Below are positions 41,901 to 56,900 of a stretch of 64,000 nucleotides of DNA, piece by piece. Source of the DNA: Auanema rhodensis (taxonomy: Eukaryota > Animalia > Nematoda). The translations under genes were made by a program, and so were the position numbers. The stretch lies in the NCBI GenBank assembly GCA_964057225.1, contig OZ059895.1, positions 2,480,001 through 2,544,000 on the forward strand, written 5' to 3'. Positions within the stretch are counted from its first letter, which is position 1; each line of letters begins with the position of its first letter. Under the pieces are notes generated by a model. That model had not been told where the DNA came from. It saw only the letters and a program-made list of their open reading frames with translations, and made no database searches.

Positions 41901-44900
41901 TGAATAACGTTGTCTATCGTCTTCGCCTTGAAAAAAGGAATCTAAAAACATCTACTTTTTGCTAAATTATTTTGAAATTTTTCGAAAAAATTTTTGTCAA
42001 AATGTTTTTGGAAGCAATGTTGAGTGTACATGGAAACTCAACATACACTTATGCATCATTTTTCGAACAATCATAACTAATTTTTGTATTAAGCGTTTCT
42101 CAATGTAGTATAGTGCATCCGATGCGGATTTTTAAGCTGCGTCGATTTGTGTTATCAGATTTGCGCTAGCTTAAAAATGCACCGAGATATCAACTGATAT
42201 AAGTTCACACTTATATCCTCGATTTTCACCCTGAAGAATTAATTTTTTCGTTGAATAACATTGTCCATCGTCTTCGCCTTGAAAAAAGGAATCTGAAAAC
42301 ATCTACTTTTTGCTAAATTATTTTGAAATTTTTCGAAAAAATTTTTGTCAAAATGTTTTTGGAAGCAATGTTGAGTGTACATGGAAACTCAACATACACT
42401 AATGCATCATTTTTCAAACGATCATAACTAATTTTTGTATTAAGCGTTTCTCAATGTAGTATAGTGCATTCGATGCGGATTTTTAAGCTGCGTCGATTTG
42501 TCTTATCAGATTTGCGCTAGCTTAAAAATGCACCGAGATATCAACTGATATAAGTTCACACTTATATCCTCGATTTTCACCCTGAAGAATCAATTTTTTC
42601 GTTGAATAACGTTGTCCATCGTCTTCGCCTTGAAAAAAGGAATCTAAAAACATCTACTTTTTGCTAAATTATTTTGAAATTTTTCGAAAAAATTTTTGTC
42701 AAAATGTTTTTGGAAGCAATGTTGAGTGTACATGGAAACTCAACATACACTTATGCATCATTTTTCGAACAATCATAACTAATTTTTGTATTAAGCGTTT
42801 CTCAATGTAGTATAGTGCATTCGATGCGGATTTTTAAGCTGGGTCGATCTGTGTTATCAGATTTGCGCTAGCTTAAAAATGCACCGAGATATCAACTGAT
42901 ATAAGTTCACACTTATATCCTCGATTTTCACCCTGAAGAATCAATTTTTTCGTTGAATAACGTTGTCCATCGTCTTCGCCTTGAAAAAAGGAATCTAAAA
43001 ACATCTACTTTTTGCTAAATTATTTTGAAATTTTTCGAAAAAATTTTTGTCAAAATGTTTTTGGAAGCAATGTTGAGTGTACATGGAAACTCAACATACA
43101 CTTATGCATCATTTTTCGAACAATCATAACTAATTTTTGTATTAAGCGTTTCTCAATGTAGTATAGTGCATCCGATGCGGATTTTTAAGCTGCGTCGATC
43201 TGTGTTATCAGATTTGCGCTAGCTTAAAAATGCACCGAGATATCAACTGATATAAGTTCACACTTATATCCTCGATTTTCACCCTGAAGAATTGATTTTT
43301 TCGTTGAATAACATTGTCCATCGTCTTCGCCTTGAAAAAAGGAATCTGAAAACATCTACTTTTTGCTAAATTATTTTGAAATTTTTCGAAAAAATTTTTG
43401 TCAAAATGTTTTTGGAAGCAATGTTGAGTGTACATGGAAACTCAACATACACTTATGCATCATTTTTCGAACAATCATAACTAATTTTTGTATTAAGCGT
43501 TTCTCAATGTAGTATAGTGCATTCGATGCGGATTTTTAAGCTGCGTCGATTTGTCTTATCAGATTTGCGCTAGCTTAAAAATGCACCGAGATATCAACTG
43601 ATATAAGTTCACACTTATATCCTCGATTTTCACCCTGAAGAATCAATTTTTTCGTTGAATAACGTTGTCCATCGTCTTCGCCTTGAAAAAAGGAATCTAA
43701 AAACATCTACTTTTTGCTAAATTATTTTGAAATTTTTCGAAAAAATTTTTGTCAAAATGTTTTTGGAAGCAATGTTGAGTGTACATGGAAACTCAACATA
43801 CACTTATGCATCATTTTTCGAACAATCATAACTAATTTTTGTATTAAGCGTTTCTCAATGTAGTATAGTGCATCCGATGCGGATTTTTAAGCTGCGTCGA
43901 TTTGTGTTATCAGATTTGCGCTAGCTTAAAAATGCACCGAGATATCAACTGATATAAGTTCACACTTATATCCTCGATTTTCACCCTGAAGAATTAATTT
44001 TTTCGTTGAATAACATTGTCCATCGTCTTCGCCTTGAAAAAAGGAATCTGAAAACATCTACTTTTTGCTAAATTATTTTGAAATTTTTCGAAAAAATTTT
44101 TGTCAAAATGTTTTTGGAAGCAATGTTGAGTGTACATGGAAACTCAACATACACTAATGCATCATTTTTCAAACGATCATAACTAATTTTTGTATTAAGC
44201 GTTTCTCAATGTAGTATAGTGCATTCGATGCGGATTTTTAAGCTGCGTCGATTGGTGTTATCAGATTTGCGCTAGCTTAAAAATGCACCGAGATATCAAC
44301 TGATATAAGTTCACACTTATATCCTCGATTTTCACCCTGAAGAATTAATTTTTTCGTTGAATAACATTGTCCATCGTCTTTGCCTTGAAAAAAGGAATCT
44401 AAAAACATCTACTTTTTGCTAAATTATTTTGAAATTTTTCGAAAAAATTTTTGTCAAAATGTTTTTGGAAGCAATGTTGAGTGTACATGGAAACTCAACA
44501 TACACTTATGCATCATTTTTCAAACGATCATAACTAATTTTTGTATTAAGCGTTTCTCAATGTAGTATAGTGCATTCGATGCGGATTTTTAAGCTGGGTC
44601 GATCTGTGTTATCAGATTTGCGCTAGCTTAAAAATGCACCGAGATATCAACTGATATAAGTTCACACTTATATCCTCGATTTTCACCCTGAAGAATTAAT
44701 TTTTTCGTTGAATAACATTGTCCATCGTCTTCGCCTTGAAAAAAAGAATCTAAAAACATCTACTTTTTGCTAAATTATTTTGAAATTTTTCGAAAAAATT
44801 TTTGTCAAAATGTTTTTGGAAGCAATGTTGAGTGTACATGGAAACTCAACATACACTAATGCATCATTTTTCAAACGATCATAACTAATTTTTGTATTAA

Positions 44901-47900
44901 GCGTTTCTCAATGTAGTATAGTGCATTCGATGCGGATTTTTAAGCTGCGTCGATTTGTCTTATCAGATTTGCGCTAGCTTAAAAATGCACCGAGATATCA
45001 ACTGATATATGTTCACACTTATAACCTCGATTTTCACCCTGAAGAATTAATTTTTTCGTTGAATAACATTGTCCATCGTCTTCGCCTTGAAAAAAGAAAT
45101 CTAAAAACATCTACTTTTTGCTAAATTATTTTGAAATTTTTCGAAAAAATTTTTGTCAAAATGTTTTTGGAAGCAATGTTGAGTGTACATGGAAACTCAA
45201 CATACACTTATGCATCATTTTTCAAACGATCATAACTAATTTTTGTATTAAGCGTTTCTCAATGTAGTATAGTGCATTCGATGCGGATTTTTAAGCTGCG
45301 TCGATTTGTCTTATCAGATTTGCGCTAGCTTAAAAATGCACCGAGATATCAACTGATATAAGTTCACACTTATATCCTCGATTTTCACCCTGAAGAATCA
45401 ATTTTTTCGTTGAATAACGTTGTCCATCGTCTTCGCCTTGAAAAAAGGAATCTAAAAACATCTACTTTTTGCTAAATTATTTTGAAATTTTTCGAAAAAA
45501 TTTTTGTCAAAATGTTTTTGGAAGCAATGTTGAGTGTACATGGAAACTCAACATACACTTATGCATCATTTTTCGAACAATCATAACTAATTTTTGTATT
45601 AAGCGTTTCTCAATGTAGTATAGTGCATCCGATGCGGATTTTTAAGCTGCGTCGATCTGTGTTATCAGATTTGCGCTAGCTTAAAAATGCACCGAGATAT
45701 CAACTGATATAAGTTCACACTTATATCCTCGATTTTCACCCTGAAGAATTGATTTTTTCGTTGAATAACATTGTCCATCGTCTTCGCCTTGAAAAAAGGA
45801 ATCTGAAAACATCTACTTTTTGCTAAATTATTTTGAAATTTTTCGAAAAAAGTTTTGTCAAAATGTTTTTGGAAGCAATGTTGAGTGTACATGGAAACTC
45901 AACATACACTAATGCATCATTTTTCAAACGATCATAACTAATTTTTGTATTAAGCGTTTCTCAATGTAGTATAGTGCATTCGATGCGGATTTTTAAGCTG
46001 CGTCGATTTGTGTTATCAGATTTGCGCTAGCTTAAAAATGCACCGAGATATCAACTGATATAAGTTCACACATATATCCTCGATTTTCACCCTGAAGAAT
46101 TAATTTTTTCGTTGAATAACATTGTCCATCGTCTTTGCCTTGAAAAAAGGAATCTAAAAACATCTACTTTTTGCTAAATTATTTTGAAATTTTTCGAAAA
46201 AATTTTTGTCAAAATGTTTTTGGAAGCAATGTTGAGTGTACATGGAAACTCAACATACACTTATGCATCATTTTTCGAACAATCATAACTAATTTTTGTA
46301 TTAAGCGTTTCTCAATGTAGTATAGTGCATCCGATGCGGATTTTTAAGCTGCGTCGATCTGTGTTATCAGATTTGCGCTAGCTTAAAAATGCACCGAGAT
46401 ATCAACTGATATAAGTTCACACTTATATCCTCGATTTTCACCCTGAAGAATTGATTTTTTCGTTGAATAACATTGTCCATCGTCTTCGCCTTGAAAAAAG
46501 GAATCTGAAAACATCTACTTTTTGCTAAATTATTTTGAAATTTTTCGAAAAAAGTTTTGTCAAAATGTTTTTGGAAGCAATGTTGAGTGTACATGGAAAC
46601 TCAACATACACTAATGCATCATTTTTCAAACGATCATAACTAATTTTTGTATTAAGCGTTTCTCAATGTAGTATAGTGCATTCGATGCGGATTTTTAAGC
46701 TGCGTCGATTTGTGTTATCAGATTTGCGCTAGCTTAAAAATGCACCGAGATATCAACTGATATAAGTTCACACATATATCCTCGATTTTCACCCTGAAGA
46801 ATTAATTTTTTCGTTGAATAACATTGTCCATCGTCTTTGCCTTGAAAAAAGGAATCTAAAAACATCTACTTTTTGCTAAATTATTTTGAAATTTTTGGAA
46901 AAAATTTTTGCCAAAATGTTTTTGGAAGCAATGTTGAGTGTACATGGAAACTCAACATACACTAATGCATCATTTTTCAAACGATCATAACTAATTTTTG
47001 TATTAAGCGTTTCTCAATGTAGTATAGTGCATTCGATGCGGATTTTTAAGCTGCGTCGATTTGTGTTATCAGATTTGCGCTAGCTTAAAAATGCACCGAG
47101 ATATCAACTGATATAAGTTCACACTTATATCCTCGATTTTCACCCTGAAGAATTAATTTTTTCGTTGAATAACATTGTCCATCGTCTTCGCCTTGAAAAA
47201 AGGAATCTGAAAACATCTACTTTTTGCTAAATTATTTTGAAATTTTTCGAAAAAATTTTTGTCAAAATGTTTTTGGAAGCAATGTTGAGTGTACATGGAA
47301 ACTCAACATACACTAATGCATCATTTTTCAAACGATCATAACTAATTTTTGTATTAAGCGTTTCTCAATGTAGTATAGTGCATTCGATGCGGATTTTTAA
47401 GCTGCGTCGATTTGTGTTATCAGATTTGCGCTAGCTTAAAAATGCACCGAGATATCAACTGATATAAGTTCACACTTATATCCTCGATTTTCACCCTGAA
47501 GAATTAATTTTTTCGTTGAATAACATTGTCCATCGTCTTCGCCTTGAAAAAAGGAATCTAAAAACATCTACTTTTTGCTAAATTATTTTGAAATTTTTCG
47601 AAAAAATTTTTGTCAAAATGTTTTTGGAAGCAATGTTGAGTGTACATGGAAACTCAACATACACTTATGCATCATTTTTCAAACGATCATAACTAATTCT
47701 TGTATTAAGCGTTTCTCAATGTAGTATAGTGCATTCGATGCGGATTTTTAAGCTGGGTCGATCTGTGTTATCAGATTTGCGCTAGCTTAAAAATGCACCG
47801 AGATATCAACTGATATAAGTTCACACTTATATCCTCGATTTTCACCCTGAAGAATTAATTTTTTCGTTGAATAACATTGTCCATCGTCTTCGCCTTGAAA

Positions 47901-50900
47901 AAAAGTATCTAAAAACATCTACTTTTTGCTAAATTATTTTGAAATTTTTCGAAAAAATTTTTGTCAAAATGTTTTTGGAAGCAATGTTGAGTGTACATGG
48001 AAACTCAACATACACTAATGCATCATTTTTCAAACGATCATAACTAATTTTTGTATTAAGCGTTTCTCAATGTAGTATAGTGCATTCGATGCGGATTTTT
48101 AAGCTGCGTCGATTTGTGTTATCAGATTTGCGCTAGCTTAAAAATGCACCGAGATATCAACTGATATAAGTTCACACTTATATCCTCGATTTTCACCCTG
48201 AAGAATTAATTTTTTCGTTGAATAACATTGTCCATCGTCTTCGCCTTGAAAAAAGAAATCTAAAAACATCTACTTTTTGCTAAATTATTTTGAAATTTTT
48301 CGAAAAAATTTTTGTCAAAATGTTTTTGGAAGCAATGTTGAGTGTACATGGAAACTCAACATACACTTATGCATCATTTTTCAAACGATCATAACTAATT
48401 TTTGTATTAAGCGTTTTTCAATGTAGTATAGTGCATTCGATGCGGATTTTTAAGCTGCGTCGATTAGTCTTATCAGATTTGCGCTAGCTTAAAAATGCAC
48501 CGAGATATCAACTGATATAAGTTCACACTTATATCCTCGATTTTCACCCTGAAGAATTAATTTTTTCGTTGAATAACATTGTCCATCGTCTTCGCCTTGA
48601 AAAAAGAAATCTAAAAACATCTACTTTTTGCTAAATTATTTTGAAATTTTTCGAAAAAATTTTTGTCAAAATGTTTTTGGAAGCAATGTTGAGTGTACAT
48701 GGAAACTCAACATACACTTATGCATCATTTTTCGAACAATCATAACTAATTTTTGTATTAAGCGTTTCTCAATGTAGTATAGTGCATTCGATGCGGATTT
48801 TTAAGCTGGGTCGATCTGTGTTATCAGATTTGCGCTAGCTTAAAAATGCACCGAGATATCAACTGATATAAGTTCACACTTATATCCTCGATTTTCACCC
48901 TGAAGAATTAATTTTTTCGTTGAATAACATTGTCCATCGTCTTTGCCTTGAAAAAAGGAATCTGAAAACATCTACTTTTTGCTAAATTATTTTGAAATTT
49001 TTCGAAAAAATTTTTGTCAAAATGTTTTTGGAAGCAATGTTGAGTGTACATGGAAACTCAACATACACTAATGCATCATTTTTCAAACGATCATAACTAA
49101 TTTTTGTATTAAGCGTTTCTCAATGTAGTATAGTGCATTCGATGCGGATTTTTAAGCTGCGTCGATTTGTGTTATCAGATTTGCGCTAGCTTAAAAATGC
49201 ACCGAGATATGAACTGATATAAGTTCACACTTATATCCTCGATTTTCACCCTGAAGAATTAATTTTTTCGTAGAATAACATTGTCCATCGTCTTTGCCTT
49301 GAAAAAAGGAATCTAAAAACATCTACTTTTTGCTAAATTATTTTGAAATTTTTCGAAAAAATTTTTGTCAAAATGTTTTTGGAAGCAATGTTGAGTGTAC
49401 ATGGAAACTCAACATACACTTATGCATCATTTTTCGAACAATCATAACTAATTTTTGTATTAAGCGTTTCTCAATGTAGTATAGTGCATTCGATGCGGAT
49501 TTTTAAGCTGGGTCGATCTGTGTTATCAGATTTGCGCTAGCTTAAAAATGCACCGAGATATCAACTGATATAAGTTCACACTTATATCCTCGATTTTCAC
49601 CCTGAAGAATTAATTTTTTCGTTGAATAACATTGTCCATCGTCTTCGCCTTGAAAAAAGGAATCTAAAAACATCTACTTTTTGCTAAATTATTTTGAAAT
49701 TTTTCGAAAAAATTTTTGTCAAAATGTTTTTGGAAGCAATGTTGAGTGTACATGGAAACTCAACATACACTAATGCATCATTTTTCAAACGATCATAACT
49801 AATTTTTGTATTAAGCGTTTCTCAATGTAGTATAGTGCATTCGATGCGGATTTTTAAGCTGCGTCGATCTGTGTTATCAGATTTGCGCTAGCTGAAAAAT
49901 GCACCGAGATATCAACTGATATAAGTTCACACTTATATCCTCGATTTTCACCATGAAGAAATAATTTTTTTGTTGAATAACATTGTCCATCGTCTTTGCC
50001 TTGAAAAATGGAATCTAAAAACATCTACTTTTTGCTAAATTATTTTGAAATTTTTCGAAAAAATTTTTGTCAAAATGTTTTTGGAAGCAATGTTGAGTGT
50101 ACATGGAAACTCAACATACACTTATGCATCATTTTTCGAACAATCATAACTAATTTTTGTATTAAGCGTTTCTCAATGTAGTATAGTGCATTCGATGCGG
50201 ATTTTTAAGCTGCGTCGATTTGTCTTATCAGATTTGCGCTAGCTTAAAAATGCACCGAGATATCAACTGATATATGTTCACACTTATATCCTCGATTTTC
50301 ACCCTGAAGAATTAATTTTTTCGTTGAATAACATTGTCCATCGTCTTCGCCTTGAAAAAAAGAATCTAAAAACATCTACTTTTTGCTAAATTATTTTGAA
50401 ATTTTTCGAAAAAATTTTTGTCAATATGTTTTTGGAAGCAATGTTGAGTGTACATGGAAACTCAACATACACTAATGCATCATTTTTCAAACGATCATAA
50501 CTAATTTTTGTATTAAGCGTTTCTCAATGTAGTATAGTGCATTCGATGCGGATTTTTAAGCTGCGTCGATTTGTGTTATCAGATTTGCGCTAGCTTAAAA
50601 ATGCACCGAGATATCAACTGATATAAGTTCACACTTATATCCTCGATTTTCACCCTGAAGAATTAAATTTTTCGTTGAATAACATTGTCCATCGTCTTCG
50701 CCTTGAAAAAAAGAATCTAAAAACAACTACTTTTTGCTAAATTATTTTGAAATTTTTCGAAAAAATTTTTGTCAAAATGTTTTTGGAAGCAATGTTGAGT
50801 GTACATGGAAACTCAACATACACTAATGCATCATTTTTCAAACCATCATAACTAATTTTTGTATTAAGCGTTTCTCAATGTAGTATAGTGCATTCGATGC

Positions 50901-53900
50901 GGATTTTTAAGCTGCGTCGATCTGTGTTATCAGATTTGCGCTAGCTTAAAAATGCACCGAGATATCAACTGATATAAGTTCACACTTATATCCTCGATTT
51001 TCACCCTGAAGAATTAATTTTTTCGTTGAATAACATTGTCCATCGTCTTCGCCTTGAAAAAAAGAATCTAAAAACATCTACTTTTTGCTAAATTATTTTG
51101 AAATTTTTCGAAAAAATTTTTGTCAAAATGTTTTTGGAAGCAATGTTGAGTGTACATGGAAACTCAACATACACTTATGCATCATTTTTCGAACAATCAT
51201 AACTAATTTTTGTATTAAGCGTTTCTCAATGTAGTATAGTGCATTCGATGCGGATTTTTAAGCTGGGTCGATCTGTGTTATCAGATTTGCGCTAGCTTAA
51301 AAATGCACCGAGATATCAACTGATATAAGTTCACACTTATATCCTCGATTTTCACCCTGAAGAATTAATTTTTTCGTTGAATAACATTGTCCATCGTCTT
51401 CGCCTTGAAAAAAAGAATCTAAAAACATCTACTTTTTGCTAAATTATTTTGAAATTTTTCGAAAAAATTTTTGTCAAAATGTTTTTGGAAGCAATGTTGA
51501 GTGTACATGGAAACTCAACATACACTAATGCATCATTTTTCAAACGATCCTAACTAATTTTTGTATTAAGCGTTTCTCAATGTAGTATAGTGCATTCGAT
51601 GCGGATTTTTAAGTTGCGTCGATTTGTGTTATCAGATTTGCGCTAGCTTAAAAATGCACCGAGATATGAACTGATATAAGTTCACACTTATATCCTCGAT
51701 TTTCACCCTGAAGAATTAATTTTTTCGTAGAATAACATTGTCCATCGTCTTTGCCTTGAAAAAAGGAATCTAAAAACATCTACTTTTTGCTAAATTATTT
51801 TGAAATTTTTCGAAAAAATTTTTGTCAAAATGTTTTTGGAAGCAATGTTGAGTGTACATGGAAACTCAACATACACTTATGCATCATTTTTCGAACAATC
51901 ATAACTAATTTTTGTATTAAGCGTTTCTCAATGTAGTATAGTGCATTCGATGCGGATTTTTAAGCTGGGTCGATCTGTGTTATCAGATTTGCGCTAGCTT
52001 AAAAATGCACCGAGATATCAACTGATATAAGTTCACACTTATATCCTCGATTTTCACCCTGAAGAATTAATTTTTTCGTTGAATAACATTGTCCATCGTC
52101 TTCGCCTTGAAAAAAGGAATCTAAAAACATCTACTTTTTGCTAAATTATTTTGAAATTTTTCGAAAAAATTTTTGTCAAAATGTTTTTGGAAGCAATGTT
52201 GAGTGTACATGGAAACTCAACATACACTAATGCATCATTTTTCAAACGATCATAACTAATTTTTGTATTAAGCGTTTCTCAATGTAGTATAGTGCATTCG
52301 ATGCGGATTTTTAAGCTGCGTCGATCTGTGTTATCAGATTTGCGCTAGCTTAAAAATGCACCGAGATATCAACTGATATATGTTCACACTTATATCCTCG
52401 ATTTTCACCCTGAAGAATTAATTTTTTCGTTGAATAACATTGTCCATCGTCTTCGCCTTGAAAAAAAGAATCTAAAAACATCTACTTTTTGCTAAATTAT
52501 TTTGAAATTTTTCGAAAAAATTTTTGTCAATATGTTTTTGGAAGCAATGTTGAGTGTACATGGAAACTCAACATACACTAATGCATCATTTTTCAAACGA
52601 TCATAACTAATTTTTGTATTAAGCGTTTCTCAATGTAGTATAGTGCATTCGATGCGGATTTTTAAGCTGCGTCGATTTGTGTTATCAGATTTGCGCTAGC
52701 TTAAAAATGCACCGAGATATCAACTGATATAAGTTCACACTTATATCCTCGATTTTCACCCTGAAGAATTAAATTTTTCGTTGAATAACATTGTCCATCG
52801 TCTTCGCCTTGAAAAAAAGAATCTAAAAACAACTACTTTTTGCTAAATTATTTTGAAATTTTTCGAAAAAATTTTTGTCAAAATGTTTTTGGAAGCAATG
52901 TTGAGTGTACATGGAAACTCAACATACACTAATGCATCATTTTTCAAACGATCATAACTAATTTTTGTATTAAGCGTTTCTCAATGTAGTATAGTGCATT
53001 CGATGCGGATTTTTAAGCTGCGTCGATCTGTGTTATCAGATTTGCGCTAGCTTAAAAATGCACCGAGATATCAACTGATATAAGTTCACACTTATATCCT
53101 CGATTTTCACCCTGAAGAATTAATTTTTTCGTTGAATAACATTGTCCATCGTCTTCGCCTTGAAAAAAAGAATCTAAAAACATCTACTTTTTGCTAAATT
53201 ATTTTGAAATTTTTCGAAAAAATTTTTGTCAAAATGTTTTTGGAAGCAATGTTGAGTGTACATGGAAACTCAACATACACTTATGCATCATTTTTCGAAC
53301 AATCATAACTAATTTTTGTATTAAGCGTTTCTCAATGTAGTATAGTGCATTCGATGCGGATTTTTAAGCTGGGTCGATCTGTGTTATCAGATTTGCGCTA
53401 GCTTAAAAATGCACCGAGATATCAACTGATATAAGTTCACACTTATATCCTCGATTTTCACCCTGAAGAATTAATTTTTTCGTTGAATAACATTGTCCAT
53501 CGTCTTCGCCTTGAAAAAAAGAATCTAAAAACATCTACTTTTTGCTAAATTATTTTGAAATTTTTCGAAAAAATTTTTGTCAAAATGTTTTTGGAAGCAA
53601 TGTTGAGTGTACATGGAAACTCAACATACACTAATGCATCATTTTTCAAACGATCATAACTAATTTTTGTATTAAGCGTTTCTCAATGTAGTATAGTGCA
53701 TTCGATGCGGATTTTTAAGTTGCGTCGATTTGTGTTATCAGATTTGCGCTAGCTTAAAAATGCACCGAGATATGAACTGATATAAGTTCACACTTATATC
53801 CTCGATTTTCACCCTGAAGAATTAATTTTTTCGTAGAATAACATTGTCCATCGTCTTTGCCTTGAAAAAAGGAATCTAAAAACATCTACTTTTTGCTAAA

Positions 53901-56900
53901 TTATTTTGAAATTTTTCGAAAAAATTTTTGTCAAAATGTTTTTGGAAGCAATGTTGAGTGTACATGGAAACTCAACATACACTTATGCATCATTTTTCGA
54001 ACAATCATAACTAATTTTTGTATTAAGCGTTTCTCAATGTAGTATAGTGCATTCGATGCGGATTTTTAAGCTGGGTCGATCTGTGTTATCAGATTTGCGC
54101 TAGCTTAAAAATGCACCGAGATATCAACTGATATAAGTTCACACTTATATCCTCGATTTTCACCCTGAAGAATTAATTTTTTCGTTGAATAACATTGTCC
54201 ATCGTCTTCGCCTTGAAAAAAAGAATCTAAAAACATCTACTTTTTGCTAAATTATTTTGAAATTTTTCGAAAAAATTTTTGTCAAAATGTTTTTGGAAGC
54301 AATGTTGAGTGTACATGGAAACTCAACATACACTTATGCATCATTTTTCGAACAATCATAACTAATTTTTGTATTAAGCGTTTCTCAATGTAGTATAGTG
54401 CATTCGATGCGGATTTTTAAGCTGGGTCGATCTGTGTTATCAGATTTGCGCTAGCTTAAAAATGCACCGAGATATCAACTGATATAAGTTCACACTTATA
54501 TCCTCGATTTTCACCCTGAAGAATTAATTTTTTCGTTGAATAACATTGTCCATCGTCTTCGCCTTGAAAAAAAGAATCTAAAAACATCTACTTTTTGCTA
54601 AATTATTTTGAAATTTTTCGAAAAAATTTTTGTCAAAATGTTTTTGGAAGCAATGTTGAGTGTACATGGAAACTCAACATACACTAATGCATCATTTTTC
54701 AAACGATCATAACTAATTTTTGTATTAAGCGTTTCTCAATGTAGTATAGTGCATTCGATGCGGATTTTTAAGTTGCGTCGATTTGTGTTATCAGATTTGC
54801 GCTAGCTTAAAAATGCACCGAGATATGAACTGATATAAGTTCACACTTATATCCTCGATTTTCACCCTGAAGAATTAATTTTTTCGTAGAATAACATTGT
54901 CCATCGTCTTTGCCTTGAAAAAAGGAATCTAAAAACATCTACTTTTTGCTAAATTATTTTGAAATTTTTCGAAAAAATTTTTGTCAAAATGTTTTTGGAA
55001 GCAATGTTGAGTGTACATGGAAACTCAACATACACTTATGCATCATTTTTCGAACAATCATAACTAATTTTTGTATTAAGCGTTTCTCAATGTAGTATAG
55101 TGCATTCGATGCGGATTTTTAAGCTGGGTCGATCTGTGTTATCAGATTTGCGCTAGCTTAAAAATGCACCGAGATATCAACTGATATAAGTTCACACTTA
55201 TATCCTCGATTTTCACCCTGAAGAATTAATTTTTTCGTTGAATAACATTGTCCATCGTCTTCGCCTTGAAAAAAGGAATCTAAAAACATCTACTTTTTGC
55301 TAAATTATTTTGAAATTTTTCGAAAAAATTTTTGTCAAAATGTTTTTGGAAGCAATGTTGAGTGTACATGGAAACTCAACATACACTAATGCATCATTTT
55401 TCAAACGATCATAACTAATTTTTGTATTAAGCGTTTCTCAATGTAGTATAGTGCATTCGATGCGGATTTTTAAGCTGCGTCGATCTGTGTTATCAGATTT
55501 GCGCTAGCTGAAAAATGCACCGAGATATCAACTGATATAAGTTCACACTTATATCCTCGATTTTCACCATGAAGAAATAATTTTTTTGTTGAATAACATT
55601 GTCCATCGTCTTTGCCTTGAAAAATGGAATCTAAAAACATCTACTTTTTGCTAAATTATTTTGAAATTTTTCGAAAAAATTTTTGTCAAAATGTTTTTGG
55701 AAGCAATGTTGAGTGTACATGGAAACTCAACATACACTTATGCATCATTTTTCGAACAATCATAACTAATTTTTGTATTAAGCGTTTCTCAATGTAGTAT
55801 AGTGCATTCGATGCGGATTTTTAAGCTGCGTCGATTTGTCTTATCAGATTTGCGCTAGCTTAAAAATGCACCGAGATATCAACTGATATATGTTCACACT
55901 TATATCCTCGATTTTCACCCTGAAGAATTAATTTTTTCGTTGAATAACATTGTCCATCGTCTTCGCCTTGAAAAAAAGAATCTAAAAACATCTACTTTTT
56001 GCTAAATTATTTTGAAATTTTTCGAAAAAATTTTTGTCAAAATGTTTTTGGAAGCAATGTTGAGTGTACATGGAAACTCAACATACACTAATGCATCATT
56101 TTTCAAACGATCATAACTAATTTTTGTATTAAGCGTTTCTCAATGTAGTATAGTGCATTCGATGCGGATTTTTAAGCTGCGTCGATTTGTGTTATCAGAT
56201 TTGCGCTAGCTTAAAAATGCACCGAGATATCAACTGATATAAGTTCACACTTATATCCTCGATTTTCACCCTGAAGAATTAAATTTTTCGTTGAATAACA
56301 TTGTCCATCGTCTTCGCCTTGAAAAAAAGAATCTAAAAACAACTACTTTTTGCTAAATTATTTTGAAATTTTTCGAAAAAATTTTTGTCAAAATGTTTTT
56401 GGAAGCAATGTTGAGTGTACATGGAAACTCAACATACACTAATGCATCATTTTTCAAACCATCATAACTAATTTTTGTATTAAGCGTTTCTCAATGTAGT
56501 ATAGTGCATTCGATGCGGATTTTTAAGCTGCGTCGATCTGTGTTATCAGATTTGCGCTAGCTTAAAAATGCACCGAGATATCAACTGATATAAGTTCACA
56601 CTTATATCCTCGATTTTCACCCTGAAGAATTAATTTTTTCGTTGAATAACATTGTCCATCGTCTTCGCCTTGAAAAAAAGAATCTAAAAACATCTACTTT
56701 TTGCTAAATTATTTTGAAATTTTTCGAAAAAATTTTTGTCAAAATGTTTTTGGAAGCAATGTTGAGTGTACATGGAAACTCAACATACACTAATGCATCA
56801 TTTTTCAAACGATCATAACTAATTTTTGTATTAAGCGTTTCTCAATGTAGTATAGTGCATTCGATGCGGATTTTTAAGCTGCGTCGATTTGTGTTATCAG

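Noticed and set aside
38996-46594. Six 75-aa ORFs as real CDS
   Set aside because: They lie entirely within satellite monomers and exist in only 6 of 182 copies through two SNPs. They show low-complexity, AT-driven composition and no recognisable domain.
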